In this document: piece by piece, positions 1-9,410 of the stretch | How positions within the stretch are numbered: position 1 is the first letter of the stretch | Layout of the letters: every line of letters starts with the position of its first letter | Source: a virus | Length of the DNA stretch: 64,000 bases | IMG/VR virus record: IMGVR_UViG_3300010430_000004 | Coordinates: 1 to 64,000 of that record | Direction: 5' to 3' (one strand) | Made by a program: the position numbers and the translations under genes | Notes under the pieces: generated by a model | Databases searched by the model: none | Told to the model about the DNA's origin: nothing | Seen by the model: only the letters and a program-made list of their open reading frames with translations

Positions 1-45
1 GATCCCAGTAACCTTATGAAATTTATTGATTTATTGTACCTGCCT

Positions 46-54
46 TAATCTATT
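46..54 (+). promoter_or_regulatory. late promoter motif variant (TAATCTATT)
   Basis: Variant of the TAATCTTTA motif, upstream of the head operon. Confidence 0.45.
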
Positions 55-124
55 TAAGTAATATTATATATTTACACGCCTATATTGTGTAAAGGTACCT
101 AACAATCATAATAAGGAGATAAAA

Positions 125-577
125 ATGATTAAATCGACTGCTAGTGCAGACGCTACTCTAAGAGATCTTAAAGAGCGTTTAGAAAGAAAGAATGCTGAAA
201 CAGCTACTCTTGACACAGTTCGTGAAGCTCGTGATGCTAATGGATGGCCTATGCTTTTCCTAAGCCTTGCTGGTGCTGAAGCTGCTGGTGACAACGTAAT
301 TGCTATTCGTATGCGTGGAATCGACATGGTTTCTAAAGACGTTTTTCAAAACGATGCTATTGCATATACGCCACATCGCATGGAAATTGCCCATGAAGAT
401 ACTGTAGCTGATGACGCTGATAAAGCTGTTGTTATTGCTGAGTGTGCTAAAACTGGTGTTGCTCTTGAGCTTAAAGCTATTGCTGCTGCGACTGCTGTAA
501 CTGAAGCATCTATGGACGCTAAAGAAGCTGACCGCGTAATTGAAAACCAAGACGAGTGGCCTACAAAAGGTAGATAA
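125..577 (+). CDS. hypothetical head-region protein
   Basis: 150 aa; AAGGAG RBS; high-expression codon style; upstream of scaffold and capsid genes. Confidence 0.7.
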   Translation: MIKSTASADATLRDLKERLERKNAETATLDTVREARDANGWPMLFLSLAGAEAAGDNVIAIRMRGIDMVSKDVFQNDAIAYTPHRMEIAHEDTVADDADKAVVIAECAKTGVALELKAIAAATAVTEASMDAKEADRVIENQDEWPTKGR

Positions 578-607
578 TTCTTAACCCAACCCAAAAAGGA
601 GTTGTTC

Positions 608-1369
608 ATGTATACAGAAGAACAAATGAATCAAATTTTGGCTCAGGTTGAGAGTGAGTTTTCTTCTCTTTTAAACAAAGCTGAAGAAGAAGCTAATGTA
701 GAAACCCCTGAAACTGAAGAAGTTGTTGAAACTGCTGAAGTTGTTGAAAACACTGAAGAAACACCTGTTTCTGAAGACGTTGAAACTGCTGAAGTTGAGA
801 CTGCTGAAGTTGAAGAGAATGTTGAATCCCACGAGTACACTGATGAAGATATCCAAGAAGTTCAAGGACTTTATGCTGATATGGACAAAAGTGAAGCTCA
901 GATCCACTACAAAGCTCTTAAAAAAGCCATTGGTGACTCGGTTTCTGAAGACGTTATTGAAACGCCTGAAGTACAAGAAGTTGCTAAGACTGAAGAGTCT
1001 GTTGAAACTGAAGTTGAAGATTTAAATAAAGCTGAAGTTCTTGCTAAAGACGAGAAAATTGCTGAACAGTCTACTAAAATCGAAAAGATGGAAAAGACTA
1101 TTGGCGACCTTGTTAACGCACTTAACTCAAGCCTTACTAAGAAAACTGCTAAAAGACGAGCAATTAATGGTTTAAACTACCAGACTATTGCTAAGACTGA
1201 AGCTGATTCTAAAGAAAATGATTTTAAATCTATGACCAAATCTGAAATCACTACTAAGCTAACTAAAGTAGCTGGTGATTCTAGTACAACCAGTCAAGAT
1301 AGACAATTAATTAACGAATTTTATTGCAATAACGGTAGTGTCGAATCAATCGGCCACTTGCTTAAATAA
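608..1369 (+). CDS. putative prohead scaffolding protein
   Basis: Very acidic, coiled-coil, directly before MCP; many [LMVI]-x-K-[AST] motifs; ATG 608 follows AAAGGAG. Confidence 0.65.
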   Translation: MYTEEQMNQILAQVESEFSSLLNKAEEEANVETPETEEVVETAEVVENTEETPVSEDVETAEVETAEVEENVESHEYTDEDIQEVQGLYADMDKSEAQIHYKALKKAIGDSVSEDVIETPEVQEVAKTEESVETEVEDLNKAEVLAKDEKIAEQSTKIEKMEKTIGDLVNALNSSLTKKTAKRRAINGLNYQTIAKTEADSKENDFKSMTKSEITTKLTKVAGDSSTTSQDRQLINEFYCNNGSVESIGHLLK

Positions 1370-1386
1370 CATAAAGGAGAAATATA

Positions 1387-2760
1387 ATGTTAGAAGAACT
1401 GCAAACCCTAGTGAAGGCCCTTGAAGCCGGAGCGTATAATGCAGCGCCTGGAACTTTAACGCAAGGTGCCGCACTACAAACTGAAGAATTGTCCCCAGTA
1501 ATGCAAAACGTTACTTTCGAAGACAAGCACATTAAGCTTCAAAAAGCTTTAAGTGTAAAAGAGTGTAAATCTCAACTAGTTCAATTTAACCGTCAGCTAG
1601 ACTACGGCATTTTCGGTGGGTCAGCCCAGTATGAAGGTGGAATTGGTGAAGAAGATACATCCAACTTTTCTCGAATCACAGTACCTATGAGTTTCTACTC
1701 TACTGTTCGTCGAGTTACTGTTGCTGCTAACTACATCGGAGCTTTCGATGGAGTAAAAGCTGAAGACAGAGCTGCCCATGATGCTGCTTTGAAACTTGCT
1801 GGAGATATCGAATTTGATTCATTCCGTGGACAAGACGATTACTCTAATGCTGGTGTTTTCGATGGAAACCCTCTTGCTGCTGCTAAAATGCCAAACATGA
1901 TTGGTCTTGGTGCTCAGGTTCGTCAATCTGATGCTATTAGCAACACTCAAGATCTTATGTTCAACGAGTATGGTTCAGACCAAACTGTTGTACTTGCTGC
2001 TAACGGTTCACTTACCCAATCAATCATTGAAGACTCTGCTGTTCGTTCATCTATGAACCACGGTAGTGCCGATAAAATGTACCTAGACCCAATTTCGTTA
2101 TCTCAGTATAACAAAATTGCTCACGCTAAAGAGCGTATCTTTCTTGCTGGTTCAAGCCAGGAAGCTACAGGTGCCGAGCTTCGTAAGCAATGGGTTAGTT
2201 CTGGTATGGTTGAATTAGAAGCGTCTCGTTTCCTTTCTGGTAAAACGCGTCCTGCTAGAAGCCGTGTTGGTGCTCCTGTAGCTCCTGCTGCTCCTGGTAC
2301 TGCTGCTGCTGCCAATGGTAACCTTGCTGCTGCTACTTACGTTTATTACGTAACTGCTGCCAATGAGCGTGGAGAGTCTGTTGCTTCTGCATCTGCTTCT
2401 CAAGCCGCTACTGCTGGTCAACGTATTACTTTGACTATCGCTAACGTTGGTCAAGCTAAGTATTACAACGTTTACCGTGGAGCCTCTGCTGCTACTGCCA
2501 AATTTGTTGGCCGTGTAAAAGGTGCTGCTGGTGCAAGTACTACTTTCGTAGATCTTGGAAACCGTCAGCCTGGTTCTGTAACTGGTTACTTAGTGCAATC
2601 AAACACTATGGGCCTTCATCAGTTAGCTGCTTACTCTCGTTTGAAGCTTGCTATCAGTGACTTGTCACTTCCTGAAGCTCATTTCCGTTTTCTTGCTCTT
2701 GCTGTTTACCAGCCTCGTAAGAACGTACTCATCGATAACATTACTGGTCAACTTAGCTAA
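1387..2760 (+). CDS. major capsid protein (SPO1/Twort-like) with Ig/FN3-like insertion
   Basis: N-term LVKALEAG..QGAALQTEELS and QFNRQLDYG..GG resemble Herelleviridae MCPs; strong RBS; followed by a terminator. Confidence 0.9.
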   Translation: MLEELQTLVKALEAGAYNAAPGTLTQGAALQTEELSPVMQNVTFEDKHIKLQKALSVKECKSQLVQFNRQLDYGIFGGSAQYEGGIGEEDTSNFSRITVPMSFYSTVRRVTVAANYIGAFDGVKAEDRAAHDAALKLAGDIEFDSFRGQDDYSNAGVFDGNPLAAAKMPNMIGLGAQVRQSDAISNTQDLMFNEYGSDQTVVLAANGSLTQSIIEDSAVRSSMNHGSADKMYLDPISLSQYNKIAHAKERIFLAGSSQEATGAELRKQWVSSGMVELEASRFLSGKTRPARSRVGAPVAPAAPGTAAAANGNLAAATYVYYVTAANERGESVASASASQAATAGQRITLTIANVGQAKYYNVYRGASAATAKFVGRVKGAAGASTTFVDLGNRQPGSVTGYLVQSNTMGLHQLAAYSRLKLAISDLSLPEAHFRFLALAVYQPRKNVLIDNITGQLS

Positions 2761-2784
2761 AACTAAGTTAATCATAGTGATTAT

Positions 2785-2814
2785 AAAAGGGAGCTCTAGT
2801 GGCTCCCTTTTTTT
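2785..2814. terminator. bidirectional intrinsic terminator
   Basis: AAAA-GGGAGC-TCTAGTG-GCTCCC-T7 between convergent genes. Confidence 0.9.
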
Positions 2815-2833
2815 ATGCAAAATTTATATTATT

Positions 2834-3109
2834 TTATTTGTTGCTTTTTAGAATACCCAAATAAAGGTATTTAAACTTTTCTAACTTAGATTTCATATAA
2901 TAGATAGGGTCATCCCAGTGCCCATAAGCCCAATAAGCAGTATTATATCCACATTTTTGACACTGTGCATGGCACTCTAAAATAGTGTGTCCATCTAAGG
3001 TATCATCTACTATTGTTTTTAATTTTCTGCTTAAACAATTATGACACCTTCTAGGGCTAAAGACCAAAACTGGAAATATAAATAAATAATTTATGATTGA
3101 TTTTATCAT
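2834..3109 (-). CDS. hypothetical Zn-ribbon protein
   Basis: CHNC and CQKC motifs; overlaps the upstream gene stop. Confidence 0.55.
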   Translation of the reverse strand: MIKSIINYLFIFPVLVFSPRRCHNCLSRKLKTIVDDTLDGHTILECHAQCQKCGYNTAYWAYGHWDDPIYYMKSKLEKFKYLYLGILKSNK

Positions 3110-3417
3110 TTTATATTTTCTGGATCTTGTTCAACCCACTCATAAGATTTACGATTTCTCATAATAATTTGGGAAGCCATATCCATAGATATTCCAGCTT
3201 TTTCTCTAGCCATGCCAAGGTTGTAACCTTTGGTATATAACCATTTTATGAAAGTTTCTTTCTGCTCTTTAGTAAGTTTAGCATATTCACTGTCTAATTC
3301 GTCTTTGCGTTTCTCTTCCCAAGACCTAGAGTCTTTGGTAGAGGCACCCATTTTTCTGAGATATGCTTCACGTTCTTTTTTGTCCAATTTAGCTCCTAAA
3401 TAACGAAGTTCCATCAT
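3106..3417 (-). CDS. hypothetical protein, possible HTH
   Basis: NLGMAREKAGISMDMASQII resembles an HTH. Confidence 0.55.
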   Translation of the reverse strand: MMELRYLGAKLDKKEREAYLRKMGASTKDSRSWEEKRKDELDSEYAKLTKEQKETFIKWLYTKGYNLGMAREKAGISMDMASQIIMRNRKSYEWVEQDPENIK

Positions 3418-3540
3418 GCTTGGTATATTTTACACTAGTTAACAAATTGAATTGTTCAATTTTATCAGGATTTTCATCTAATACTTCGCAAAATCTTTCA
3501 TAAGAAATTTCAACTTCTTCTTTAACAGACATAATTCTCC

Positions 3541-3759
3541 TTATTGATAGATATCTCTGGAATAACATTTATATTCATATTCTTCAAGCGTACAACGCCT
3601 GATAACGGTCTTATCTTTTCTAGAATGTACACAGGTAATATTGGCTGTAGCGTCCATTTTGTAACAACCATTTAAATTTTTCTCAGGAGCTTTTACACTA
3701 ACGCATCCTGATAATAGAAACAAACAACTAAGAGCTAACTTTAACATATTTTTTCTCAT
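3541..3759 (-). CDS. small lipoprotein
   Basis: Signal peptide with lipobox LSGC; four further Cys. Confidence 0.6.
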   Translation of the reverse strand: MRKNMLKLALSCLFLLSGCVSVKAPEKNLNGCYKMDATANITCVHSRKDKTVIRRCTLEEYEYKCYSRDIYQ

Positions 3760-4168
3760 ATCCTGCCATTCGTAAAGCATTTTCAATTAAATCTGATAAT
3801 ACAAAGCTTTCAGGTTTTCCCTGAATTTCAGTTTCAATATCTAGAAGTGTAGAAACCAAAACATTGCTTATATACACTAAATTTTCTGTTTCGCTCTTTA
3901 AAGAATTAAGTTCACTTTTAGCTCTAAAAGCTTCTTTAAAAAGGATATCTTTTTCTTGGACCAAGGCTCTGATATATTTGTGAGGGTTGGCTTCAATATC
4001 TTTTTTTAATTTTTTAACGCCCTGATCTTTAGCAGTTAGCGCCTTTTTGTAATCTTCTCTACTAGCGTCTAGTCTATCAGGCAATTTTCCATTCTCATCA
4101 TTGGCAGCAGCTTCTACTGCCTTAAGTAAGGCATATTCAGCACGTTGGATCTCTTCTAACGTTGCCAT
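3728..4168 (-). CDS. hypothetical coiled-coil protein
   Basis: 146 aa; TAATG coupling to the AAA gene. Confidence 0.65.
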   Translation of the reverse strand: MATLEEIQRAEYALLKAVEAAANDENGKLPDRLDASREDYKKALTAKDQGVKKLKKDIEANPHKYIRALVQEKDILFKEAFRAKSELNSLKSETENLVYISNVLVSTLLDIETEIQGKPESFVLSDLIENALRMAGYEKKYVKVSS

Positions 4169-5193
4169 TATCTAACCCCTATTCCTACTCCACCTTTTTC
4201 AGAAAATCCATTATTAATTTTCTCTTTGTGGTTGAGCATTTCCTCTACTACTTCACTATAAGTTTTGCCAGTTAAACGGCTACGAATTACTATTTCTTTA
4301 ATATGGGCTATTGAGAATTTTCCATTTTCTACTTGACTACTTCTTAGAGAAGCTTTCTCATCTTCATCTAATTCACGCTTTCCAATAAATTCTGCTAATT
4401 TAATTCTTTCTTCAGCACTTGGAGGTGGAAGTTTAATCATCTCATCAAAACGTCCAGGTCTATCAGCTAAGGCGCTCAGCAGATTTGCTGGATAGTTAGT
4501 AGTAGCTATAGTAAAGGTTGGAACCTTGAAAGTAACAGAATTACCATCAAGAAGAGCAAGAAGACTAGAATCTACTGATCTGTTACCTGAAAATTCTTGT
4601 TCTCCACCGCCAATGTCTTCAATGATAAAAATTAAACGACTGCATTCTGGAGTAAACTCTGTACCAATGCTAAAGAAGGACTCAACACTACTTGACTTAA
4701 TTGCTGAAGTATTCCAATTAATTACAACAGTATTGGGGTCTTCTTTATAAAAATCTTCACAAAGAGAGTTAATTGCACTAGATTTGCCAAATCCAGGGTC
4801 AGAATATAGGAGAATGTTTCTGACCTTTGGCTGTCCCAATTCTTCATAGATTTCAAGACTATTAAAGAATTGAGTGGCTCTGCTTTTGATACTTTTTGTA
4901 TTATCTATAGATTCCAATAAGTTATGTTTTTTAAGAGTAAAGGGCTCAAGATCAACACCAGCCATTGTGGAGACCATTGTAAAAATTCCAGGCTTAATTT
5001 TGAGCTTTTTTCGCTCTTTCTTTTTCTTACCTTCTACATATTTAAATTGAGCAACATGAGTCTCTGTCTGAATAGACAAATCACTAGTGCTTAGTTCAGT
5101 CTTGGTACCGTTAATGATATCTTCGAGTAGAGTTACTTCTAAAACCTTAAAATGGTTGTCCTCTCTAGGGCCTTTTACTTCATCACTGCTCAT
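4168..5193 (-). CDS. AAA+ ATPase
   Basis: Walker A variant SDPGFGKS, Walker B IIEDI, TTNYP, ALADRPGRFD second region of homology. Confidence 0.9.
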   Translation of the reverse strand: MSSDEVKGPREDNHFKVLEVTLLEDIINGTKTELSTSDLSIQTETHVAQFKYVEGKKKKERKKLKIKPGIFTMVSTMAGVDLEPFTLKKHNLLESIDNTKSIKSRATQFFNSLEIYEELGQPKVRNILLYSDPGFGKSSAINSLCEDFYKEDPNTVVINWNTSAIKSSSVESFFSIGTEFTPECSRLIFIIEDIGGGEQEFSGNRSVDSSLLALLDGNSVTFKVPTFTIATTNYPANLLSALADRPGRFDEMIKLPPPSAEERIKLAEFIGKRELDEDEKASLRSSQVENGKFSIAHIKEIVIRSRLTGKTYSEVVEEMLNHKEKINNGFSEKGGVGIGVR

Positions 5194-5218
5194 TTATTGA
5201 TCTCCTTATTTAACTCAT

Positions 5219-5226
5219 AAATATCG
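5219..5226 (-). promoter_or_regulatory. putative middle promoter variant (CGATATTT)
   Basis: YGATAYTA variant heading the minus-strand AAA operon. Confidence 0.45.
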
Positions 5227-5235
5227 TAATCTTTA
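5227..5235 (+). promoter_or_regulatory. late promoter motif
   Basis: TAATCTTTA followed by GGAGG and ATG 5251. Confidence 0.7.
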
Positions 5236-5250
5236 TTTTTTGGAGGAATT

Positions 5251-5775
5251 ATGAAATTACAAGAAAAGCTTACTATAGCCTTTGGATCACCAGAACTGGC
5301 TAAAGAATTAATTGAACGTTTTGAGAAAAATGACCTAGTTGGTCTAGACGAAGCTGCTCTAGCTAGTGCTCTAGGAAATACCGATATGGCTAGAAAAATC
5401 ATGGAAAGTGCAGATATTGAAGCTGCTTAATTGGCCAACTGCCTATCCAGTCCTGAACTTGCTGAAGAGTTACTTAAGCTAAGAAAGCCTAAGAAAGCTG
5501 CCAAGAAAAAGAAAAAGAAGGAAACTGAAGAAGAAAAAGAAGCTAAAGCTGCTGCAAAGGCCGCTGCTAAAGCTGAAGCTGACGCTAAAAAAGCTGAAGC
5601 CGCTGCCAAGAAAAAGGCCGAAAAAGAAGCTAAAGCTGCTGAAAAGAAAGCTAAAGCTGCTGAAAAGGCTTTAAAGACTTTAGATGCTGATGGCGATGGT
5701 GACGTAGATGATAAAGATCTAAGTATGCTTGAAAAAGCCGCTAAAAAGATGAAAAAGATAGTCTCTAAAGACTAA
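5251..5775 (+). pseudogene. late gene with one in-frame TAA (5428-5430): helical repeats, Lys/Ala-rich tract, EF-hand-like DADGDGDVDDKDL
   Basis: The frame from ATG 5251 continues through the TAA into ORF 5431..5775; the repeat unit LxxxxGSPELAxEL lies on both sides of the stop. Confidence 0.6.
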
Positions 5776-6368
5776 TCGTGCCTAGTCTCTACTAATGTAG
5801 TTACGAAGTGCGTATAATTGCCTAACTTATATTCAAGCTGCAAGCTATTTTCTTGCAGCTTTTCTTTTATTTGATTCATAACAGACCATACAAAATAGAA
5901 ATTCTTAGGCATAATATCCACTGCTTGGGCTCTAAATATTCCAGTACAACTTAGTCTCATTCGTCCAGACATATCTTTGTCTAGGTAAAAATGCAATTCT
6001 CTACAGCATTTGGCACTGTCTGTATCTTCGTGGTAAAAAGGGCCACCAACAGATATGATTGCTCTTTTAGATTTGGGAAACTCAGATAAACATTCAGCGG
6101 TTATGCTAATTTTTTTATCCATCCAAGGCGAGTAGTTTCCTTGTTCTCCACCTTGATATTCACTAAATAGTTTCATTTCTTCTTTAGTTGGTTTAATATT
6201 AGTGTTTTTTTTAGCATAGGCTACTAAAGTAGCTTTATCAAAAAGCTCAGTTTCAACTGTCATTTTCTCTTCATTAACATCTACTATAGTAGATGTATAA
6301 TTTCTTATAGGAAAACTAGAGTCATTTAAATAACCAATAAGAGTTTTAGCACAATTATAAAACCTCAT
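5772..6368 (-). CDS. divergent thymidylate synthase / hydroxymethylase-fold protein
   Basis: PKSKRAIIS, KCCRELHF, LSCTGIFRAQ and PKN align with TS motifs (P.SRR.I.S, PC...QF, RS.D, P.N). Confidence 0.7.
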   Translation of the reverse strand: MRFYNCAKTLIGYLNDSSFPIRNYTSTIVDVNEEKMTVETELFDKATLVAYAKKNTNIKPTKEEMKLFSEYQGGEQGNYSPWMDKKISITAECLSEFPKSKRAIISVGGPFYHEDTDSAKCCRELHFYLDKDMSGRMRLSCTGIFRAQAVDIMPKNFYFVWSVMNQIKEKLQENSLQLEYKLGNYTHFVTTLVETRHD

Positions 6369-7243
6369 TAGAAAACAGCGCCCTCTTCAGCAATTTTAGC
6401 ATATTCTCTTGGCCATTCTTCTTTATAAAATTTAAGGAGCCTTTGTTTAGCCTGCTCTGTAGTAATTTCATTAACAAAACCTGGACTGTCTAAACTTATT
6501 AATTTTCTAGTTTTTTCACTAAACGGTTCTAGGCCAATGAAATGGCAAGGATCAACGTCAAAACTTCTAATGCCTACAAAAATACGTGGCTTATCAAGAG
6601 GACGTACAAAATGTTCCAGTCTAATATTGTCGAAAATAATAAGGCTGCCTTTTTCATGGGTTGGGTGAATTTCAGTATCTGTTTTAGTGTCATAAAAACT
6701 AGTACCTTGAACATCACCAGTATTGTTGTTTTCAACATTAAAGCCGAAAATATACTGATTATATAGGGCCTCTTTAACTTTAAAAGCTTTTTCATCAGTT
6801 AGTTCATAAGACATATAATTTCCATCTCTATGCCTACGAAGAAATTTGGAAGCCCCAATATTCTCTGATTGACTATACATTTGCCAGTTTACCATTTTTC
6901 TATTATTAGATGGCACTTCATAACCAAGTAGTTTGCTTAGTACAGCGTCATGGAAACGCATCATATCTTTTAAAACAATGCCTTTGATTTTTACATTAGG
7001 AAGCTCGTTTTCTTGTCCCTCTTCAATATACATATGAGCATGGCTTTCACGAGTGTCGCTTTTCATAGAGGGATATACAGCGTTTGTTTTTAAATTTTCA
7101 GGAGTATAGTTAGCTTCGTTGTTCATTGGAATTTCTACTTTAATGGCTATCATTTCTCCAGGAGTAAGGAAGTTTTCAACCTTATAATACCCTTTTTCTT
7201 CAAGTGATTTTTTCATTTCTTCAATATTAATTCTACTAAGCAT
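6368..7243 (-). CDS. 2OG-Fe(II) oxygenase superfamily protein
   Basis: HRD...GTSFY...GSLIIFDN..LEH.V...PR: HxD..H triad plus distal Arg. Confidence 0.8.
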   Translation of the reverse strand: MLSRINIEEMKKSLEEKGYYKVENFLTPGEMIAIKVEIPMNNEANYTPENLKTNAVYPSMKSDTRESHAHMYIEEGQENELPNVKIKGIVLKDMMRFHDAVLSKLLGYEVPSNNRKMVNWQMYSQSENIGASKFLRRHRDGNYMSYELTDEKAFKVKEALYNQYIFGFNVENNNTGDVQGTSFYDTKTDTEIHPTHEKGSLIIFDNIRLEHFVRPLDKPRIFVGIRSFDVDPCHFIGLEPFSEKTRKLISLDSPGFVNEITTEQAKQRLLKFYKEEWPREYAKIAEEGAVF

Positions 7244-7251
7244 TGTTTCTC

Positions 7252-7407
7252 CTAATATATTGCAAATATTCTCTTACTGTGCAGGTTTGTCCATTTTCCT
7301 AACCAACGAGCAGTGTAAAAGTGACAGGCCAATTTTGGAAAGTCACAATGTCCTAATTGATCTTTTTGATGAAAATGCAGGATACCAAAAATAATTGGTA
7401 TTTTCAT
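7252..7407 (-). CDS. small hypothetical protein (51 aa; not in ORF track)
   Basis: ATG overlaps the kinase stop (TAATG) and fills the gap to the oxygenase RBS. Confidence 0.5.
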   Translation of the reverse strand: MKIPIIFGILHFHQKDQLGHCDFPKLACHFYTARWLGKWTNLHSKRIFAIY

Positions 7408-8123
7408 TATGCTTCCTTTGCTACTGAGTCCGAAATAGAAATATCATATTTTTCTAGAACTTTAGCCACTTTTTCTTGGACCTCAAGAATAGAGTCATCT
7501 TCAGAAACTTCAACAACTTCCATTGTAAGATTTCTAAGAACATCATAGTCTTTTAATTGCTTTAAAAAGCTAATAACACGTTCTTGATTATCTAAGTTTT
7601 CAAGACGCTCAACAATAGGTTCACCAGTAGTTTCTGCACGTTTTCTAATACGCTCAAGTGGCCACTTAACGTCATCTGGAACCATTACAATATTTAATAC
7701 TCCAAAATCTTGATTGAGAATTTCTTCAGCATGGATAACTTTGGCATGGCACTCTGTAATTTGTTCAAGAGTCATACCTTTAGCAAGAGCATAAACTAGG
7801 TGACTAGCAATGGCTCTATCTTTCAATACCACTCCGTTTGGATTGTCTTCTAGAAATTTGCGAGCAATTTTAATACCTTCAAGATCAGTAAGAGCAAAGA
7901 GTTGTTCCTCTAATTCCACAGAATCCACTGGAAACTTGTCATGTAAAAGTACAGTTCTTAATGCCAGTTGATAGTCATCGGTTTTATCTCCACCGAGAAG
8001 TCTAGTTGAATGGATGTTTGCACCTTTAGCTTGAAGAGCCATTTTTAGTTGATTTAATTGTGTGCTTTTGCCCAAACCATCAGATCCATCAAAGCTGACA
8101 AACTTAATACTTTTCTTGCTCAT
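7407..8123 (-). CDS. tmk: thymidylate (dNMP) kinase
   Basis: FVSFDGSDGLGKSTQ P-loop, DR..S..VY motif, ERLE lid. Confidence 0.85.
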   Translation of the reverse strand: MSKKSIKFVSFDGSDGLGKSTQLNQLKMALQAKGANIHSTRLLGGDKTDDYQLALRTVLLHDKFPVDSVELEEQLFALTDLEGIKIARKFLEDNPNGVVLKDRAIASHLVYALAKGMTLEQITECHAKVIHAEEILNQDFGVLNIVMVPDDVKWPLERIRKRAETTGEPIVERLENLDNQERVISFLKQLKDYDVLRNLTMEVVEVSEDDSILEVQEKVAKVLEKYDISISDSVAKEA

Positions 8124-8151
8124 ATAAATTCTCCTTTATTGAATTCTCACC

Positions 8152-8160
8152 TAATCTTTA
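8152..8160 (+). promoter_or_regulatory. late promoter motif
   Basis: TAATCTTTA upstream of the neck operon. Confidence 0.7.
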
Positions 8161-8163
8161 ATA

Positions 8164-8171
8164 TAGTATCG
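8164..8171 (-). promoter_or_regulatory. putative middle promoter (CGATACTA)
   Basis: Motif heads the kinase/oxygenase/TS cassette. Confidence 0.6.
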
Positions 8172-8193
8172 TTAATTTTGGAGAAGATGAATT

Positions 8194-8580
8194 ATGAGAT
8201 TATGGGCACAGACACTTAAAAACTATATGAATATCAACTGCTTTGAAAAAACCAGTGAATGGACTGTTAGAGAAAATGAAGAAAATCTTCTATATTTTCA
8301 ATTAGTTGATGCTGATAAGGATAATTTGCGATACATTTCTAAAGCCACTGTTCTAACTGTTGACGTTACTTTTCCAAGCATTGACGATGATTCTGAATTT
8401 ACAGTGACTGCCTCTAACCCTGATGTTGATGACAAATCTGTATTTTGCATTACCATACCTGACGATGCTACCCCTGCTTCTGGAAACTTTACAGTTTCAG
8501 TAACTGAAGATGGGAAGACTAGAAAATTTGTAGTTCTTGCTGGAATAAGCGTAGAACTTCTTAACCCTGGAAGCTGCTAA
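8194..8580 (+). CDS. hypothetical virion protein (beta-sandwich-like)
   Basis: 128 aa, beta-rich; late promoter. Confidence 0.6.
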   Translation: MRLWAQTLKNYMNINCFEKTSEWTVRENEENLLYFQLVDADKDNLRYISKATVLTVDVTFPSIDDDSEFTVTASNPDVDDKSVFCITIPDDATPASGNFTVSVTEDGKTRKFVVLAGISVELLNPGSC

Positions 8581-9410
8581 TGGCCGATTTTTCTGATAGC
8601 AAAGACTATGGAACAGCTATATACCCTGTTCATGCTAAAGAGGCAAGTGATCTATTTTCTAGAATAGAACCTATTCTTGTACCAAAAAAATTGATATCTA
8701 GGTATTTGAAAGGCATAAACCTAAACTTTAAAGATGGTTCCACCCTTGATAGTGAAGATCTAAAAGATAGAATTAATATGGCTATGAATGAATTCGAAGA
8801 GCTCACTGGTATTTTAGTAAGCCCTACAGTCATTAAACAAAAAGTGCCCTACGATAGAGCATTATATAGACAATATATGCACGTTAAATCTGAAAAAGCC
8901 CCTATAATGAGTCTATTCAGCTTTAGAATTGTGTCAGCTGGTGGAGATGAAATTTTTGAAATTCCCATAGAATGGATCGAAGCTGCTGGTTTTTCATACG
9001 GGCAAATTAACGTCATTCCACTTCTTCAAAGCTATACAAGCATGGGTGTTGCTGCTCAAGGTAGTGGTGGAATAGCACTACTTTCAATTTTAGAAAACTC
9101 TTTTCATTTTGTTCCAAGGTTTTGGGAAATAGAGTACACTACTGGGCTTTGCAACAAAGACGGTAGATTGCCAAGTATAGTGAATCAAGTAGTTGGCATG
9201 ATTGCTGCTATTGAAATTCTTAGCGAAAAAGCTGCCGATGATGCTGATACTTCAGTAAGCATTAGCAGAGATGGAGTGTCTCAATCACGTTCAGGTCCTG
9301 GAGCTGCTAAATACCAAGCAAGAATAGATAAGCTTGAGGAAAAGAAAGATAAATTGATTGAAAAACTTAAAGGTAGATTTTCTAGAAAGTATTTTGTCGG
9401 GAATTTCTAA
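8580..9410 (+). CDS. putative head-tail connector/adaptor
   Basis: Position; C-terminal SVSISRDGVSQS followed by a helix, as in myophage adaptors. Confidence 0.6.
   Translation: MADFSDSKDYGTAIYPVHAKEASDLFSRIEPILVPKKLISRYLKGINLNFKDGSTLDSEDLKDRINMAMNEFEELTGILVSPTVIKQKVPYDRALYRQYMHVKSEKAPIMSLFSFRIVSAGGDEIFEIPIEWIEAAGFSYGQINVIPLLQSYTSMGVAAQGSGGIALLSILENSFHFVPRFWEIEYTTGLCNKDGRLPSIVNQVVGMIAAIEILSEKAADDADTSVSISRDGVSQSRSGPGAAKYQARIDKLEEKKDKLIEKLKGRFSRKYFVGNF

Noticed and set aside
5428-5430. Genome-wide stop-codon reassignment
   Set aside because: TAA, TAG and TGA all terminate clear genes here; only one internal stop was seen
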